In this document: positions 62,722-64,000 of the stretch, piece after piece
Position numbering within the stretch: the first letter of the stretch is position 1
How the letters are laid out: each line of letters opens with the position of its first letter
Assembly: GCA_004764695.1 (NCBI GenBank)
Contig: SMSO01000031.1
Coordinates: 4,502,436 to 4,566,435, forward strand
Length of the DNA stretch: 64,000 bases
From: Schizochytrium sp. TIO01
Taxonomy: Eukaryota > Protista > Bigyra: Labyrinthulomycetes
Direction: 5' to 3'
Program-made: the position numbers and the translations under genes
Notes under the pieces: generated by a model
The model's input: the letters and a program-made list of their open reading frames with translations, nothing else
The model's database searches: none
Told to the model about the DNA's origin: nothing

Positions 62722-64000
62722 TTAAGTAGCGTCGAGTGGAACTCCACCATGGAGCACCGACCATGCACGGTCAGTATTAGCGGTAAAATCAGCATATATC
62801 TTGTCGATAGAGCTTGTTAGGCTGCTCTGAGTATAGCGGTTCACAGTTTCTTCAGATCCATCAGTAGAGTAATCATAGAATTCAGGAAACCCTTTCCCAT
62901 CTGAAACCGAATACAGAGTCTCATCCTGGGACTTTGATTGAAGATTTCTCTTAAAGGCCATGTATTTCGTATAGCGATAGTACATCGTTCGTAGTGAGTA
63001 CCCCATAGTTGTTCTCTCAAGTCCATTGTTTTTTTTATGAGCCCAAAATTGTGATACGGCTGCAGAGCGTACTGAAGTTGAAGACGACTTGAGCGTGGGC
63101 ACAAGACTTACTCCCGAGCGTTCTTGATCACTCTGGTCGTCAACGTTGCACAGTTCAAGAAGTGTTGGAAAAATATCGTCGCCTTGCACAGGATACGAAA
63201 CAGTAGATCCAACAGCGTTGCGGAGCTTTGGAGATGCAGCCATTAAATTTGCTGATGGAACAATTGCCATTGGTACGTGTGTCGCACCATCGTACAGCGT
63301 TTTCTTTCCCCAAATCCCATGATCTCCCAAATGAAACCCATTGTCTGAAACGAAAACAATAAGAGTATTTGCTGCCAAGCTCTCCAATGCTGGTTCTTGA
63401 AGAACATCCATGACTCGTCCAAGCTGTGCATCCATAAATGAAACTCCTCGGTAGTAGTGACGAATACGATCAGCGGACGAAATTGACGCATAGTTTTTGT
63501 ATCTTGTAATTTCATAACTACCTGGGTCTGAAAAGCTATTTGCCTCGTCTGTGAAAAAGGTTAAGTTTGTTCCATCAGATGCGCGTTCAACAAGCTCATC
63601 GTCAGGAATGTCCTCAAGGAAGCTAGAATAACTCCTCGGGTAAATCCACGGCAAATGAGGCAAAGAGAAACCTACTGCAAGGAAAAATGGAGTATCAGAG
63701 TTTGCGAAGCTCCGCAATTCATTTTGTGCTGCCGTTGCCGAGCAGTAATCAACTGTGTATTTTTCCTTGTTGTTTGGAATGAGCATATACGCTTTTCCAC
63801 GGTTCTTCTTTTGTTGTTTCTTTTGCCAGGAATATTTTACTTTTGAAATATTGCAAGCGCTTCCATCCTTTTCCATTATTTCCAGGCTCACGTACTTATC
63901 CCATGAACAGTAAGTCGGGTTTGTATCTGTGCAAAGATCCAACTTTTCTTTTGACTTGAATGCACGAGGATCATACACCTTACCAAGTGCCACTGTGCGG
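62722..64000 (-). CDS. Sulfatase (iduronate-2-sulfatase/choline-sulfatase-like), 5' part outside window
   Basis: PFFLAVGFSLPHLPW, YYRGVSFMDAQLGRVMD, VFVSDNGFHLGDHGIWGKKTLYD, GYSLRT; frame open to the window edge. Confidence 0.88.
   Translation of the reverse strand, partial: RTVALGKVYDPRAFKSKEKLDLCTDTNPTYCSWDKYVSLEIMEKDGSACNISKVKYSWQKKQQKKNRGKAYMLIPNNKEKYTVDYCSATAAQNELRSFANSDTPFFLAVGFSLPHLPWIYPRSYSSFLEDIPDDELVERASDGTNLTFFTDEANSFSDPGSYEITRYKNYASISSADRIRHYYRGVSFMDAQLGRVMDVLQEPALESLAANTLIVFVSDNGFHLGDHGIWGKKTLYDGATHVPMAIVPSANLMAASPKLRNAVGSTVSYPVQGDDIFPTLLELCNVDDQSDQERSGVSLVPTLKSSSTSVRSAAVSQFWAHKKNNGLERTTMGYSLRTMYYRYTKYMAFKRNLQSKSQDETLYSVSDGKGFPEFYDYSTDGSEETVNRYTQSSLTSSIDKIYADFTANTDRAWSVLHGGVPLDAT

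Noticed and set aside
1-64000. Functional clustering of zinc proteases (M50, array, ATP23); tRNA/rRNA/snRNA genes
   Set aside because: The proteases are unrelated families in different compartments. No tRNA cloverleaf or rRNA/snRNA signature was recognised by eye, though a covariance-model scan was not possible.

Overview
Eukaryotic, intron-poor genomic DNA with microsatellite-rich intergenic regions. The gene set and style suggest a stramenopile, probably a thraustochytrid/labyrinthulomycete (inference). Recognisable genes: an intron-split M50/site-2-protease-like gene, an Mpv17/PMP22 protein, a voltage-gated proton channel (Hv1), COP9 subunit CSN2, an ankyrin-TPR-J-domain protein, a VOC/glyoxalase-fold protein, DNA ligase I, ATP23, a large double-pseudokinase protein, a secreted laminin-IV-like protein and a 5'-truncated sulfatase. 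About 19 kb (3.4-22.2 kb) holds no convincing protein gene. The standout is a tandem array at 23.5-35 kb of ~900-aa genes fusing an atypical GHKL-type ATPase to a C-terminal Wss1/SprT-like HExxH metalloprotease. It has two intact copies, one disrupted copy and a short relic of a fourth, with mosaic recombination and hypervariable segments between near-identical catalytic cores. This pattern suggests a fast-evolving conflict/defence-like locus, but function is unproven. All family assignments come from motif recognition by eye, not database searches.
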